Positions 9,351-18,200 of a stretch of 64,000 nt of DNA are shown in pieces. Position numbers and translations under genes: made by a program. Source of the stretch: Nevskiaceae bacterium (lineage in GTDB: Bacteria > Pseudomonadota > Gammaproteobacteria > Nevskiales > Nevskiaceae); contig DASRHK010000026.1 in assembly GCA_035650495.1 (NCBI GenBank), positions 9,856 to 73,855 on the forward strand, read 5' to 3'. Every line of letters begins with the position of its first letter. The stretch's first letter is position 1. Under the pieces are notes generated by a model that searched no databases, had not been told where the DNA came from, and saw only the letters and a program-made list of their open reading frames with translations.

Positions 9351-10733
9351 GTGGGGGAGATGCGATTCGCGACTCAGGCAGCCCGGGCCGGCAACAGCGA
9401 CGGCTGGCGCGGCGCGCTGGTCGCGCTGATGGCCTGGCTCCTGATCATCCTGATGATCGTGCCGGACAACTTCGACTATCTCGCGCTCAAGGTGAGCGTC
9501 GCGGCGCCGAGCGAAGGCAGCGTGCTGTCGCGCACGCTGTGGATCGCGCTGCTGGTGATCGGCGTCGTCGTCATCCTGTCGCGCGCGGCGCAGGCCTGGC
9601 AGCTGCTGCGCGCGATGAATCCGTTCCTGATCCTGTTCAGCGTCCTCGCGATCGCGAGCGTGGCGTGGTCGATCGATCCCGAAGTCACCATCCGGCGCTC
9701 GATCCGCGTCATCACCTTCTTCGTCGACGCCCTCGCGCTCGGCGTCGCCGGCTGGCATCCTCATCGCTTCCAGAATCTCGTGCGTCCCGTGATCACGCTG
9801 ATGCTCGCGGGATCGATCGTGTTCGGGCTCACCAATCCCGAGCTCGCGATCCACGACGAGAACTCGCCCGAGCTGATCGGCGCGTGGCACGGACTCGCGA
9901 GCCACAAGAACGGTCTCGGCGCGCTCGCCTGCATCGGCGTCATCTTCTGGGCGCACGCCTGGTTCTCGCGCCAGACGCGCGGGTGGCGCGCGCTCATCGG
10001 CCTTTCGATCGCCGCGGCCTGCCTCGTGCTGTCGCGCAGCTCGACGTCGATGATGGTGAGCGTGCTGTCGGTCGCATTCCTCGCGCTGCTGCAGCGCGGA
10101 CCCGCGGCGCTGCGACCGTTCATGCCGTGGCTCGTCGGCCTGTTCATCGGCGCGCTGTTGTTCTATTCGCTCGTGATCCTGCGCGTGATGCCTGGATCCG
10201 ACCTGATGCTGAAGCCGATCGCACATCTCACCGGCAAGGACCTCTCGTTCACGGGCCGCTCCGACATCTGGGACATCATCACCGACCACATCCGCTATCA
10301 CCCGCTGCTCGGCACCGGGCTCGGCGCCTACTGGACCGGCCCTATCCTCGGCACGCAGTCGTATGCGTTCGTCGAGCGGCTGCAGTTCTATCCGGGCTCC
10401 GCGCACAACGGCTATCTCGAGATCACCAACGATCTCGGGCTCGTCGGCCTGCTCTGCCTCGCCGGGTTCATCGTCGTCTTCGTCAAGCAGGCGCTGGCGC
10501 TCGGCCGCTTCGACCACGTGCAGGCGAGCCTCTATCTCGCGCTGTTCCTGCAGCAGGCGTTCACCAACCTGTCCGAGTCGCACTGGCTGTCGGTGCTCTC
10601 GGTGTGCTTCGTGATCATCAGCTTCGCGACGGTGTCGCTCGCGCGCGGCCTGATGGACGTTCGCGCGTGGCAGTGGGCGCAGCAGCGGCGCGCTGCGCAG
10701 ATGAATGGAGTGGCCCATGCCAGCCGCGCCTAG
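9351..10733 (+). CDS. O-antigen ligase / Wzy-type polymerase family membrane protein
   Basis: About 10-12 TM helices. Wzy_C signature region GRSDIWDIITDHIRYHPLLGTGLGAYW ... PGSAHNGYLEITNDLGLVGLL. GTG at 9351 follows a GAGGAGGGG RBS. Confidence 0.8.
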   Translation: MGEMRFATQAARAGNSDGWRGALVALMAWLLIILMIVPDNFDYLALKVSVAAPSEGSVLSRTLWIALLVIGVVVILSRAAQAWQLLRAMNPFLILFSVLAIASVAWSIDPEVTIRRSIRVITFFVDALALGVAGWHPHRFQNLVRPVITLMLAGSIVFGLTNPELAIHDENSPELIGAWHGLASHKNGLGALACIGVIFWAHAWFSRQTRGWRALIGLSIAAACLVLSRSSTSMMVSVLSVAFLALLQRGPAALRPFMPWLVGLFIGALLFYSLVILRVMPGSDLMLKPIAHLTGKDLSFTGRSDIWDIITDHIRYHPLLGTGLGAYWTGPILGTQSYAFVERLQFYPGSAHNGYLEITNDLGLVGLLCLAGFIVVFVKQALALGRFDHVQASLYLALFLQQAFTNLSESHWLSVLSVCFVIISFATVSLARGLMDVRAWQWAQQRRAAQMNGVAHASRA

Positions 10734-11817
10734 GAACTCCGGCGCGATCCCGTCGCTCGACGGCATCCGCGCGATCGCGGTGTCGCTCGTGTTCGCCGCG
10801 CACAGCGGGCTCGAGAACGTCATCCCCGGCGGGCTGGGCGTGACGATCTTCTTCGTGCTGTCGGGCTATCTCATCACCACCCTGATGCGCATCGAGCATG
10901 GCGCGAGCGGCACGGTCAGCTTCAAGGCGTTCTACCTGCGCCGCGTGCTGCGTCTGATGCCGCCGCTCGTCGTCGTCGTGGCGATTGCCGCTGTTCTCGC
11001 GCGACTCGGCATCGCCAACGGCGAGTTCACGCCGGCCGGCCTCGCATCGGTGCTGCTCTACTTCGGCAACTACTTCGTCATCGCGAACGACTTCCACGGC
11101 GTGCCCGAGGGCATCGGCGTGACGTGGTCGCTCGCGGTCGAGGAGCACTACTACCTGTTCTATCCGCCGCTCGCGCTGCTGCTGCTTCGCTTCGCGCGCG
11201 TTCGCGTCTCGGTCGCGCTGCTGGTGACGATGTGCGTCGCCGTGCTCGCGTGGCGCTGCTGGCTCGCCTCGCACGGCGGCTCGGAAGCGTGGATCACGAT
11301 GGCGACCGACACGCGCATCGACGCGATCCTCGCCGGCTGCATCCTCGCCCTCGTCGCCAATCCGTGGCTCGATCCGCCGCGCAGCCGCAATCCGGTCCGC
11401 GATCAGGCGATCCTCGGCGGCTGCATCGCGGTCCTGCTCGCCACGCTCGCGATCCGAAATGAGTTCTTCCGCGAGACGTTCCGCTACACCCTGCAGAGCT
11501 TGGCGATCGCGCCGCTGATCTGGCTCGCCGTCGCCAATCACGATCGGCCAACGTTCCGCTGGCTCGACTCCGCGCCGATGGCGTACGTCGGCAAAGTCTC
11601 TTACACGATCTATCTGTGCCATCACCTGATCCTGTGCGCGCTGCAGAAGCAGCTGCCGGATCTCCCCTGGCTCGCCATCGCGGCGCTCGGCGCGCTGCTC
11701 ACGCTCGCCGTCGCGGAGCCGATGCGGCGTCTCGTCGAAGAGCCCTGCGCGCGGCTGCGCAAGCGCCTGCACGGCAGCCCGGCGCCGCGCGTCGTGCTCG
11801 CGGAGCAAGTCTCATGA
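10717..11817 (+). CDS. acyltransferase family 3 membrane protein (polysaccharide O-acyl/acetyltransferase)
   Basis: N-terminal LDGIRAIAVSLVFAAHSG and WSLAVEEHYYLFYP motifs with multiple TM helices. The start could also be 10705. Confidence 0.85.
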   Translation: MPAAPRNSGAIPSLDGIRAIAVSLVFAAHSGLENVIPGGLGVTIFFVLSGYLITTLMRIEHGASGTVSFKAFYLRRVLRLMPPLVVVVAIAAVLARLGIANGEFTPAGLASVLLYFGNYFVIANDFHGVPEGIGVTWSLAVEEHYYLFYPPLALLLLRFARVRVSVALLVTMCVAVLAWRCWLASHGGSEAWITMATDTRIDAILAGCILALVANPWLDPPRSRNPVRDQAILGGCIAVLLATLAIRNEFFRETFRYTLQSLAIAPLIWLAVANHDRPTFRWLDSAPMAYVGKVSYTIYLCHHLILCALQKQLPDLPWLAIAALGALLTLAVAEPMRRLVEEPCARLRKRLHGSPAPRVVLAEQVS

Positions 11818-12734
11818 TCATCGCCAACCGGACCAGCATCTGCATCGCCACCTATCGAAGGCTCGACCGTCTCGCCGCGCTGCTCGACGACCTCACGCGC
11901 CAGACGGCGCTGCCGCTGGAGGTGATCGTCGTCGACAACGATCCTTCCGGCAGCGCGCACGCGGTGATCGAAGCGCGTCGCGCGTCGGGCACGCCCTTCC
12001 CGATCGTCTATGCGATCCAGCGCGAGAAGAACATCTCGCTCACGCGCAATCGCACGGTGGAGCTCGCGCGCGGCGAGTGGCTCGCCTTCCTCGACGACGA
12101 CGAGCGCGCGCCGGCCGAATGGCTCGAGACCATCACCGGCGCCGCGGCACGCTTCGACGCGACCGGCGTGCTCGGACCGGTCGTGCCCGCGATCCCCGCG
12201 GAAGCGCCGGCCTGGATCCAGCGCGGCAATTTCTACGACTGGCCGCGCTGCTTCACCGGCACGCTGGTGCCGCTCAACCGGCTGCGCTTCGGCAACGTGC
12301 TGCTGCACGCGAGCGCGCTGCGCCGCGAGCATCCGCCGTTCGACCCGGAATACGGCGTCACCGGCGGCGAGGACGGCGATCTGCTGACGCGGCTCGTGCT
12401 CAAGGGCGCGCGCGTCATCTGGTGCGACGAGGCGCAGGTGCGCGAGCCGATCGAGCCCGCGCGCATGCGGCTCGACTGGCTGATGAAGCGCGCGATGCGC
12501 GGCGGCCAGGATTTCGCGCGCCACACGCTCGCGGGCCGCTACGGCGAGCCGACGCAGAAGCGTCGCGTCGCGCTGATGTCGCGCGCCGTCGCGCAATGTG
12601 GGCTCGCCGCTGCCTTCGCGCTGCTCTCGCTGCCGCTCGGACGTCATCGCGCCGCCCATTGGCTGGCGCGCGCCTTCGCCAACTTCGGGAAGCTCTCCGT
12701 GCTCTGGGGCTGGCATTACCGGGAATACGCATGA
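11814..12734 (+). CDS. glycosyltransferase family 2 (non-processive type)
   Basis: ICIATYRRLDRL...VIVVDNDPSGSA and the LAFLDDDE (DxD) motif. ATGA overlap at 11814. Confidence 0.85.
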   Translation: MIIANRTSICIATYRRLDRLAALLDDLTRQTALPLEVIVVDNDPSGSAHAVIEARRASGTPFPIVYAIQREKNISLTRNRTVELARGEWLAFLDDDERAPAEWLETITGAAARFDATGVLGPVVPAIPAEAPAWIQRGNFYDWPRCFTGTLVPLNRLRFGNVLLHASALRREHPPFDPEYGVTGGEDGDLLTRLVLKGARVIWCDEAQVREPIEPARMRLDWLMKRAMRGGQDFARHTLAGRYGEPTQKRRVALMSRAVAQCGLAAAFALLSLPLGRHRAAHWLARAFANFGKLSVLWGWHYREYA

Positions 12735-13930
12735 CCGCTCTCGCGCAGATCCTGCTCTGGCTCGTCTGGCTGCCGACCGCGGCGTGCTGCCTGTACCTCG
12801 CGCTGATGACGCTGCGCTCGGCGACGCCGAAAGCGCCGCCGCCGGCGACGCGCCGCGTGCGCTTCGACGTCATCGTGCCGGCGCACAACGAGGTCGCGCA
12901 CATCGGCCGCACCGTCGCGAGCCTGCGCAAGCTCGACTGGCCGAAGGATCATTTCCGCATCTACGTCGTCGCCGACAACTGCACTGACGACACCGCGCTG
13001 ATGGCGCGCGCCGCCGGCGCGCACGTCCTCGAGCGCAGCGACCCGGATCGCCGCGGCAAGGGCTATGCGCTGCAGCTCGCGTTCCGCGCGAGCCGGCACA
13101 ACGGCTGGGCCGACGCCGTCGTCGTCGTCGACGCCGACACCGAAGTCTCGCCGAATCTGCTCGACGCGTTCGCCGCGCGCATCGAGGCCGGCGCCAACGC
13201 CGTGCAGGCGCGCTACGGCGTGCTCAATCCGCACGCGTCATGGCGCACGCGCCTGATCACGGTCGCGAAAGCGTGCTTTCACATCGTGCGCTCGCGTGCG
13301 CGCGAAGTGAGCGAGCTCTCCTGCGGCATCCGCGGCAACGGCTGGTGCGTGACGCACTGCCTGCTCGCCGAAGTCCCCTACGCCGCGTTCTCGCTCGTCG
13401 AGGACGTCGAATACGGCGCCGCGATCGCAGTCGCCGGGCATCGCGTGCACTACGCCGACGAAGCCGAAGTGCGTGGCGAGATGGCGGCGAGCGATCGCGC
13501 TGCGGCGAGCCAGCGACGACGCTGGGAAGGCGGCCGCTCGCAGCTCCAGCGCGCGCAGCTGCGCCGGCTCTTCGCCGAAGCGTGGCGCTATGGCGATGCG
13601 GTGTGCCTCGACGTCGCGCTCGATCTCCTGGTGCCGCCCCTGTCGCGCATCACGCTCAGCGTCGCGGCGCTGTCGGCGCTCACGCTGATCGCAACGCTGG
13701 TGCATCCGCAGCTGGAAGCGATGCTGCTGCTGCCGGCGTTCTGCGCGATCGCGCTCGCCGCCTACGTCACGCGCGGCTGGCAGCTCTCCGGCATGGGGCT
13801 CGCCGGCATCACCGCGCTGCTGCACGCGCCGCGCTTCGTGCTGTGGAAGCTCACGCTCGCGCTCCGCGGCCCGCACGACGGGCAGTGGATCCGCACCGAG
13901 CGCGAGCAGACGACGAAGGTCGTTCCGTGA
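12731..13930 (+). CDS. membrane glycosyltransferase family 2, synthase-like (QxxRW-bearing)
   Basis: N-terminal TM followed by VIVPAHNE, VVADNCTDDT, VVVVDADT, LVEDVEYG and SQRRRWEGG (Q-R/Q-x-R-W), then C-terminal TM helices. ATGA overlap at 12731. Confidence 0.85.
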   Translation: MTALAQILLWLVWLPTAACCLYLALMTLRSATPKAPPPATRRVRFDVIVPAHNEVAHIGRTVASLRKLDWPKDHFRIYVVADNCTDDTALMARAAGAHVLERSDPDRRGKGYALQLAFRASRHNGWADAVVVVDADTEVSPNLLDAFAARIEAGANAVQARYGVLNPHASWRTRLITVAKACFHIVRSRAREVSELSCGIRGNGWCVTHCLLAEVPYAAFSLVEDVEYGAAIAVAGHRVHYADEAEVRGEMAASDRAAASQRRRWEGGRSQLQRAQLRRLFAEAWRYGDAVCLDVALDLLVPPLSRITLSVAALSALTLIATLVHPQLEAMLLLPAFCAIALAAYVTRGWQLSGMGLAGITALLHAPRFVLWKLTLALRGPHDGQWIRTEREQTTKVVP

Positions 13931-13956
13931 AAGCGAGCGACGCACAGGACCATCCG

Positions 13957-15279
13957 ATGTCGGGCCTGCGCCGGCACGGCGTCTTCGTGCGCATGTTCTC
14001 CAGCGCGGTGATGAGCCAGACCGTGCTGTCGGCGGCGAGCTTCCTGATCGGATTGCTGCTGATCCGCCAGACCAGCGACACGCAGTACGGCCTCTACGTC
14101 CTCGTCGCCAACGCGGTGCTGCTGGTCACGTCGCTGCAGTCTGCGTTCTTCGGTCCGGCGATGGTGATCCGCATGACCCCGCTCGATCGCTCCGGGCGCG
14201 GCGACGTCGTCGGCGGCCTGTATCGCGAGCAGAAGCGCCTGCTGCGCCCGATCGCGTGGACCTGCGTCGCCCTGATCGCGGTCATGCGCGCGAGCAATCT
14301 TGTCAACGACGAGCTCGCCCTGCTCCTGCTCGCCGGACTCGGCGCGTGCATCGCGGTACTCAAGCGCGAGTACTTCCGCACTGCGCTGTTCGCGCATCGC
14401 CGCGCGCACGACGTCCTGCGCGGCGACATGACCTACGTGGTGCTGCTGGTCGGCGGCGCGGCGCTCGCCGCGATGACGCCGATTCCCGCGGCCGCAGCAG
14501 CGGCGACGATGGCGCTCGCCGCGCTGGTCGCCGCCGGCTTGCTGGCGCGCGCGCTCAAGCGCAACGAAGCCTGGAACGAGGCCGGCTTCCCCGGCATCCT
14601 CCAGGAGATCGCGTCGAACGCCGGCTGGGCGACGGCCGGCGCGTCGATCCATTGGTTGTTCAGCCAGGGGTACAGCTACGTCGTCGCAGCGACGCTCGAC
14701 GTCACCGCCGTCGCGGCGATCGCGTCGACGCGATTGCTGCTGATGCCGATCAATCTGCTGTCGACCGGCGTGTCGTCGCTGATGCTGCCGGTGACGTCGG
14801 GCTGGCTCAACGACAACGCGGCGCGCACCGTCTTCGGCCGCTTGCTCGCCGTCGCGTTCGGCTTGATGGTCGCCGCATCCTTCTATCTCGGCGTGATGTG
14901 GCTGTGCCGCGACTGGATCTTCACCACCGTGCTGCGCAAGCAGTTCGAGCATCGCGACGAGCTGCTCCTGCTCTGGTCGGCGGTGTCGCTGGTGATGGTG
15001 CTGCGCGATCAGCTGCGCTATCTGCCGCTCGCGCGCGCTCGCTTCCGTGAGCTCACCGGGCTCGCCGCGCTGTCGGCGACGCTGTCGCTCGCGATCACCT
15101 GGCTCGGCATGGTCCGCTTCGGCGTGCCGGGCGCGCTGTTCGGCGTGCTGACGGGCGAGCTCGCCAGCGTCTGCGGGACCATTTTCCTGTCGCTTCGCGA
15201 GATCACGCAGCCGTCCGAGCCGAAGCAACCGCAGCCGCCGCTCGCTGCATCGACCGCCCGTCTCACGGAGACGGTATGA
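13957..15279 (+). CDS. polysaccharide flippase (Wzx / MOP superfamily)
   Basis: About 12 predicted TM helices in a polysaccharide-biosynthesis-protein pattern. An alternative GTG at 13927 would overlap the upstream stop. Its stop overlaps the NRPS-PKS start. Confidence 0.75.
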   Translation: MSGLRRHGVFVRMFSSAVMSQTVLSAASFLIGLLLIRQTSDTQYGLYVLVANAVLLVTSLQSAFFGPAMVIRMTPLDRSGRGDVVGGLYREQKRLLRPIAWTCVALIAVMRASNLVNDELALLLLAGLGACIAVLKREYFRTALFAHRRAHDVLRGDMTYVVLLVGGAALAAMTPIPAAAAAATMALAALVAAGLLARALKRNEAWNEAGFPGILQEIASNAGWATAGASIHWLFSQGYSYVVAATLDVTAVAAIASTRLLLMPINLLSTGVSSLMLPVTSGWLNDNAARTVFGRLLAVAFGLMVAASFYLGVMWLCRDWIFTTVLRKQFEHRDELLLLWSAVSLVMVLRDQLRYLPLARARFRELTGLAALSATLSLAITWLGMVRFGVPGALFGVLTGELASVCGTIFLSLREITQPSEPKQPQPPLAASTARLTETV

Positions 15280-18200
15280 CGCTGCCCGACGACACGGTAC
15301 GGGGTCGGACAGATCGGCCCATGAGCGCTGACCACAATGCCTCGACGCCTATGAAACACGCGGCCAAGCACATGAATCACGTGCATCAGCACATCTTTGA
15401 ACTGGCTCGGCGGCAGCCGCAGTCCCCCGCGGTCCGGTTTGCGGACCGCACTCAGACCTACGAAGAGCTGGCGAGCCGCGCGCAAGCGATCGCCAACGCC
15501 CTGCGCGAAGCGGGCGCCGGCCGCGGCCGCTGCGTCGCGGTCTGCATGGAGCGCGGCCTCGACATGCCGGCGGCGCTGCTTGGCGTCCTCTCGACCGGCG
15601 CCGCGTATCTGCCGATCGATCCGGCCTTCCCCAGCGAGCGCATCGACGCCATCCTGGAAGACGCCAAGGCCGTCGCGGTCCTGACCTCGCGCGACGTCGC
15701 GATCAAGACGGCGGCGCCGCAGGTCTGCGTCGACGACGTGCGCGAATCGAGCGCCGACGCCGTCGACGTTTCCGACGACGCCGCCGCGTATCTCATCTAC
15801 ACCTCCGGCTCGACCGGCAAGCCGAAAGGCGTGGTCGTCACCCATCGCAACCTCGCCAACTTCCTCGAGTCGATGGCGCTGGAGCCCGGGCTGCGCGGCA
15901 GCGACGTGCTGCTCGCGGTGACGACGATCTCGTTCGACATCGCAGGCCTCGAGCTCTGGCTTCCGCTGACCGTCGGCGCGACCATGGTGATCGCGAGCCG
16001 CGACGACGCGATGGACGGCGAGCGCCTGCGCGCGCTCATCGACGAGCACAAGGTCAGCCTCATGCAGGCGACGCCCTCGACCTGGCGATTGCTCATCGCG
16101 GCCGAATGGAAAGGATCGCCGGGCTTCCGCGCGCTCTGCGGCGGCGAGCCGCTGCCGATCGACCTCGCCAAGCAGCTGCTCGATCGCGGCGTCGAACTGT
16201 GGAACATGTACGGCCCAACGGAGACGACGATCTGGTCGACGCTCTGGCGCGTGACCGAGGCGAAGGGCCCGATCCTCATCGGCAAGCCGATCGCCAACAC
16301 GCAGTGCTACGTGCTCGACGAGAACCGCAAGCAATGCGCGGACGGTGAGACCGGCGAGCTCTACATCGGCGGCGACGGTGTCGCGCGCGGCTATCACGAG
16401 CGCCCCGAGCTCACCGCCGAGAAATTCCTCGACGATCCGTTCCTGCCCGGCAATCGCATGTATCGCACCGGCGATCTCGCGCGCCGTCACGCCAACGGCG
16501 ATCTCGAGTGCCTGGGTCGCATCGACTTCCAGATCAAGCTGCGAGGCTTCCGCATCGAGCCCGGCGACATCGAAGCGGCGCTGCGCGAGCATCCCGCCGT
16601 CGTCGACGCCGCAGTCGGCGTGCGCGAGCGCGCGCCCGGCGACGCGCGGCTCGTTGCCTGGATCCAGTTGCACGACGGCGTCGCCATCGATGCGCCGCAG
16701 CTGCGCGCGCACGTCGCCAACAAGCTGCCTGCCTACATGGTGCCGCAGCACTACGCGCCGATCGCCGAGCTGCCGCGCCTCATCAACGGCAAGCTCGATC
16801 GCAAGTCCCTGCCCGATCCGTTCCAACAGGTGCGGCCTGAAGGCCGACCCACGAGCGAGGCACCGGCCGGCACTGCGCTCGAGGATGCGATCGCCGCGAT
16901 CTGGGCCGACGTCCTCGGCACCACCGAGCCGATCGGCCGCGACGAGCGCTTCTTCGAGCGCGGCGGCACTTCGCTGCAGGCGATCAGCGTGCTCGCGAAG
17001 GTGCGCGCCCTGATCGGCACGCGCGTGCCGGTGACCAAGTTCTTCGCAGCGCCGACGATTGCGCAATTCGCGGCGATGCTGGAGAAGGATTATCCGACGC
17101 GCGGCGCGGACGCTTCCGAGCGAAGCGACGAATCGCGCCAGACGCTTCCCTCCGCCCGGAATGAACGCGGCTCCGGTGACATCGCCGTCATCGGCATGGC
17201 CTGCCGCACGCCGGGCGCGGAGAACGTCCAGCAGTTCTGGCAGATGATCTGCGCCGGGCGCGAAGGTGTCCGCGACCTCACCGACGCCGAGCTCGACGAC
17301 GCCGGCGTGCCGAAATTCGAGCGCGAGCATCCCGCCTACGTGAAGCGCGGCGGCGTGCTGAAGGACGCCTACGCGTTCGACGCGGAGTTCTTCGGCTACA
17401 GCCCGCGCGAAGCGGAGCTGATGGACCCCCAGCATCGCGTCATGCTCGAGACCGCGTGGCACGCGATGGAGGACGCCGGCATCGCACCCTCGAGCGGCGC
17501 GCGCGTCGGCGTCTACGTCGGCGTCGCGCACAACCACTACTTCGATCGCGCGGTCGCCAATCAGCCGGTGCTGCGCTGGGGCGATTCCGGATTCCAGACG
17601 CAGCTCGGCGCCGACAAGGATTACGCGGCGTCGCGCATCGCGTTCAAGCTCGATCTGCGCGGTCCGGCGCTCGCGCTGCAGACCGCGTGCTCGAGCTCGG
17701 GCGTTGCGATCCATCTCGCCTGCCAGGCGCTGCGCGCGGGCGATTGCGACGCGGCGCTCGCCGGCGGCGCGCGCGTCAACGCCCCCGACGCGGGTTACGT
17801 TCACGTCGACGGCGGCCCGCAAGCCATCGACGGCAAGGTGCGGCCGTTCGCGAAAGACGCGAGCGGCATGGTGCTCGCCTCCGGCGCCGCATGCCTCGTG
17901 CTGAAGACGCTGGAGCGCGCGCAAGCCGATGGCGATCGCATCTACGCCGTGATCAAGGGCAGCGCGATCAACAACGACGGCGCCGACAAGATCGCCTTCA
18001 CCGCGCCGTCGCAGGCGGGCCAGGTCGACGTGATCCGTCGCGCGCTCGCCCAGTCGGGCGTCGATCCCGCGAGCGTCGGCTACGTCGAAGCGCACGGCAC
18101 CGGCACGCACATCGGCGATCCGATCGAAGTCGCGGCGCTCGCGCAAGGCTACGAAGCCGCGGAGCGCATCGCGCTCGGCAGCGTGAAGGGCAATGTCGGC

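Noticed and set aside
9351-10733. Possibility that the 460-aa membrane protein after the BY-kinase-like gene is the exosortase (EpsH) expected in PEP-CTERM loci
   Set aside because: The sequence shows the Wzy_C/O-antigen-ligase signature (HNGYLEITNDLGLVG). I could not find exosortase-like Cys/Arg/His motifs, so it is called as ligase/polymerase-like. An HMM check is still advisable.
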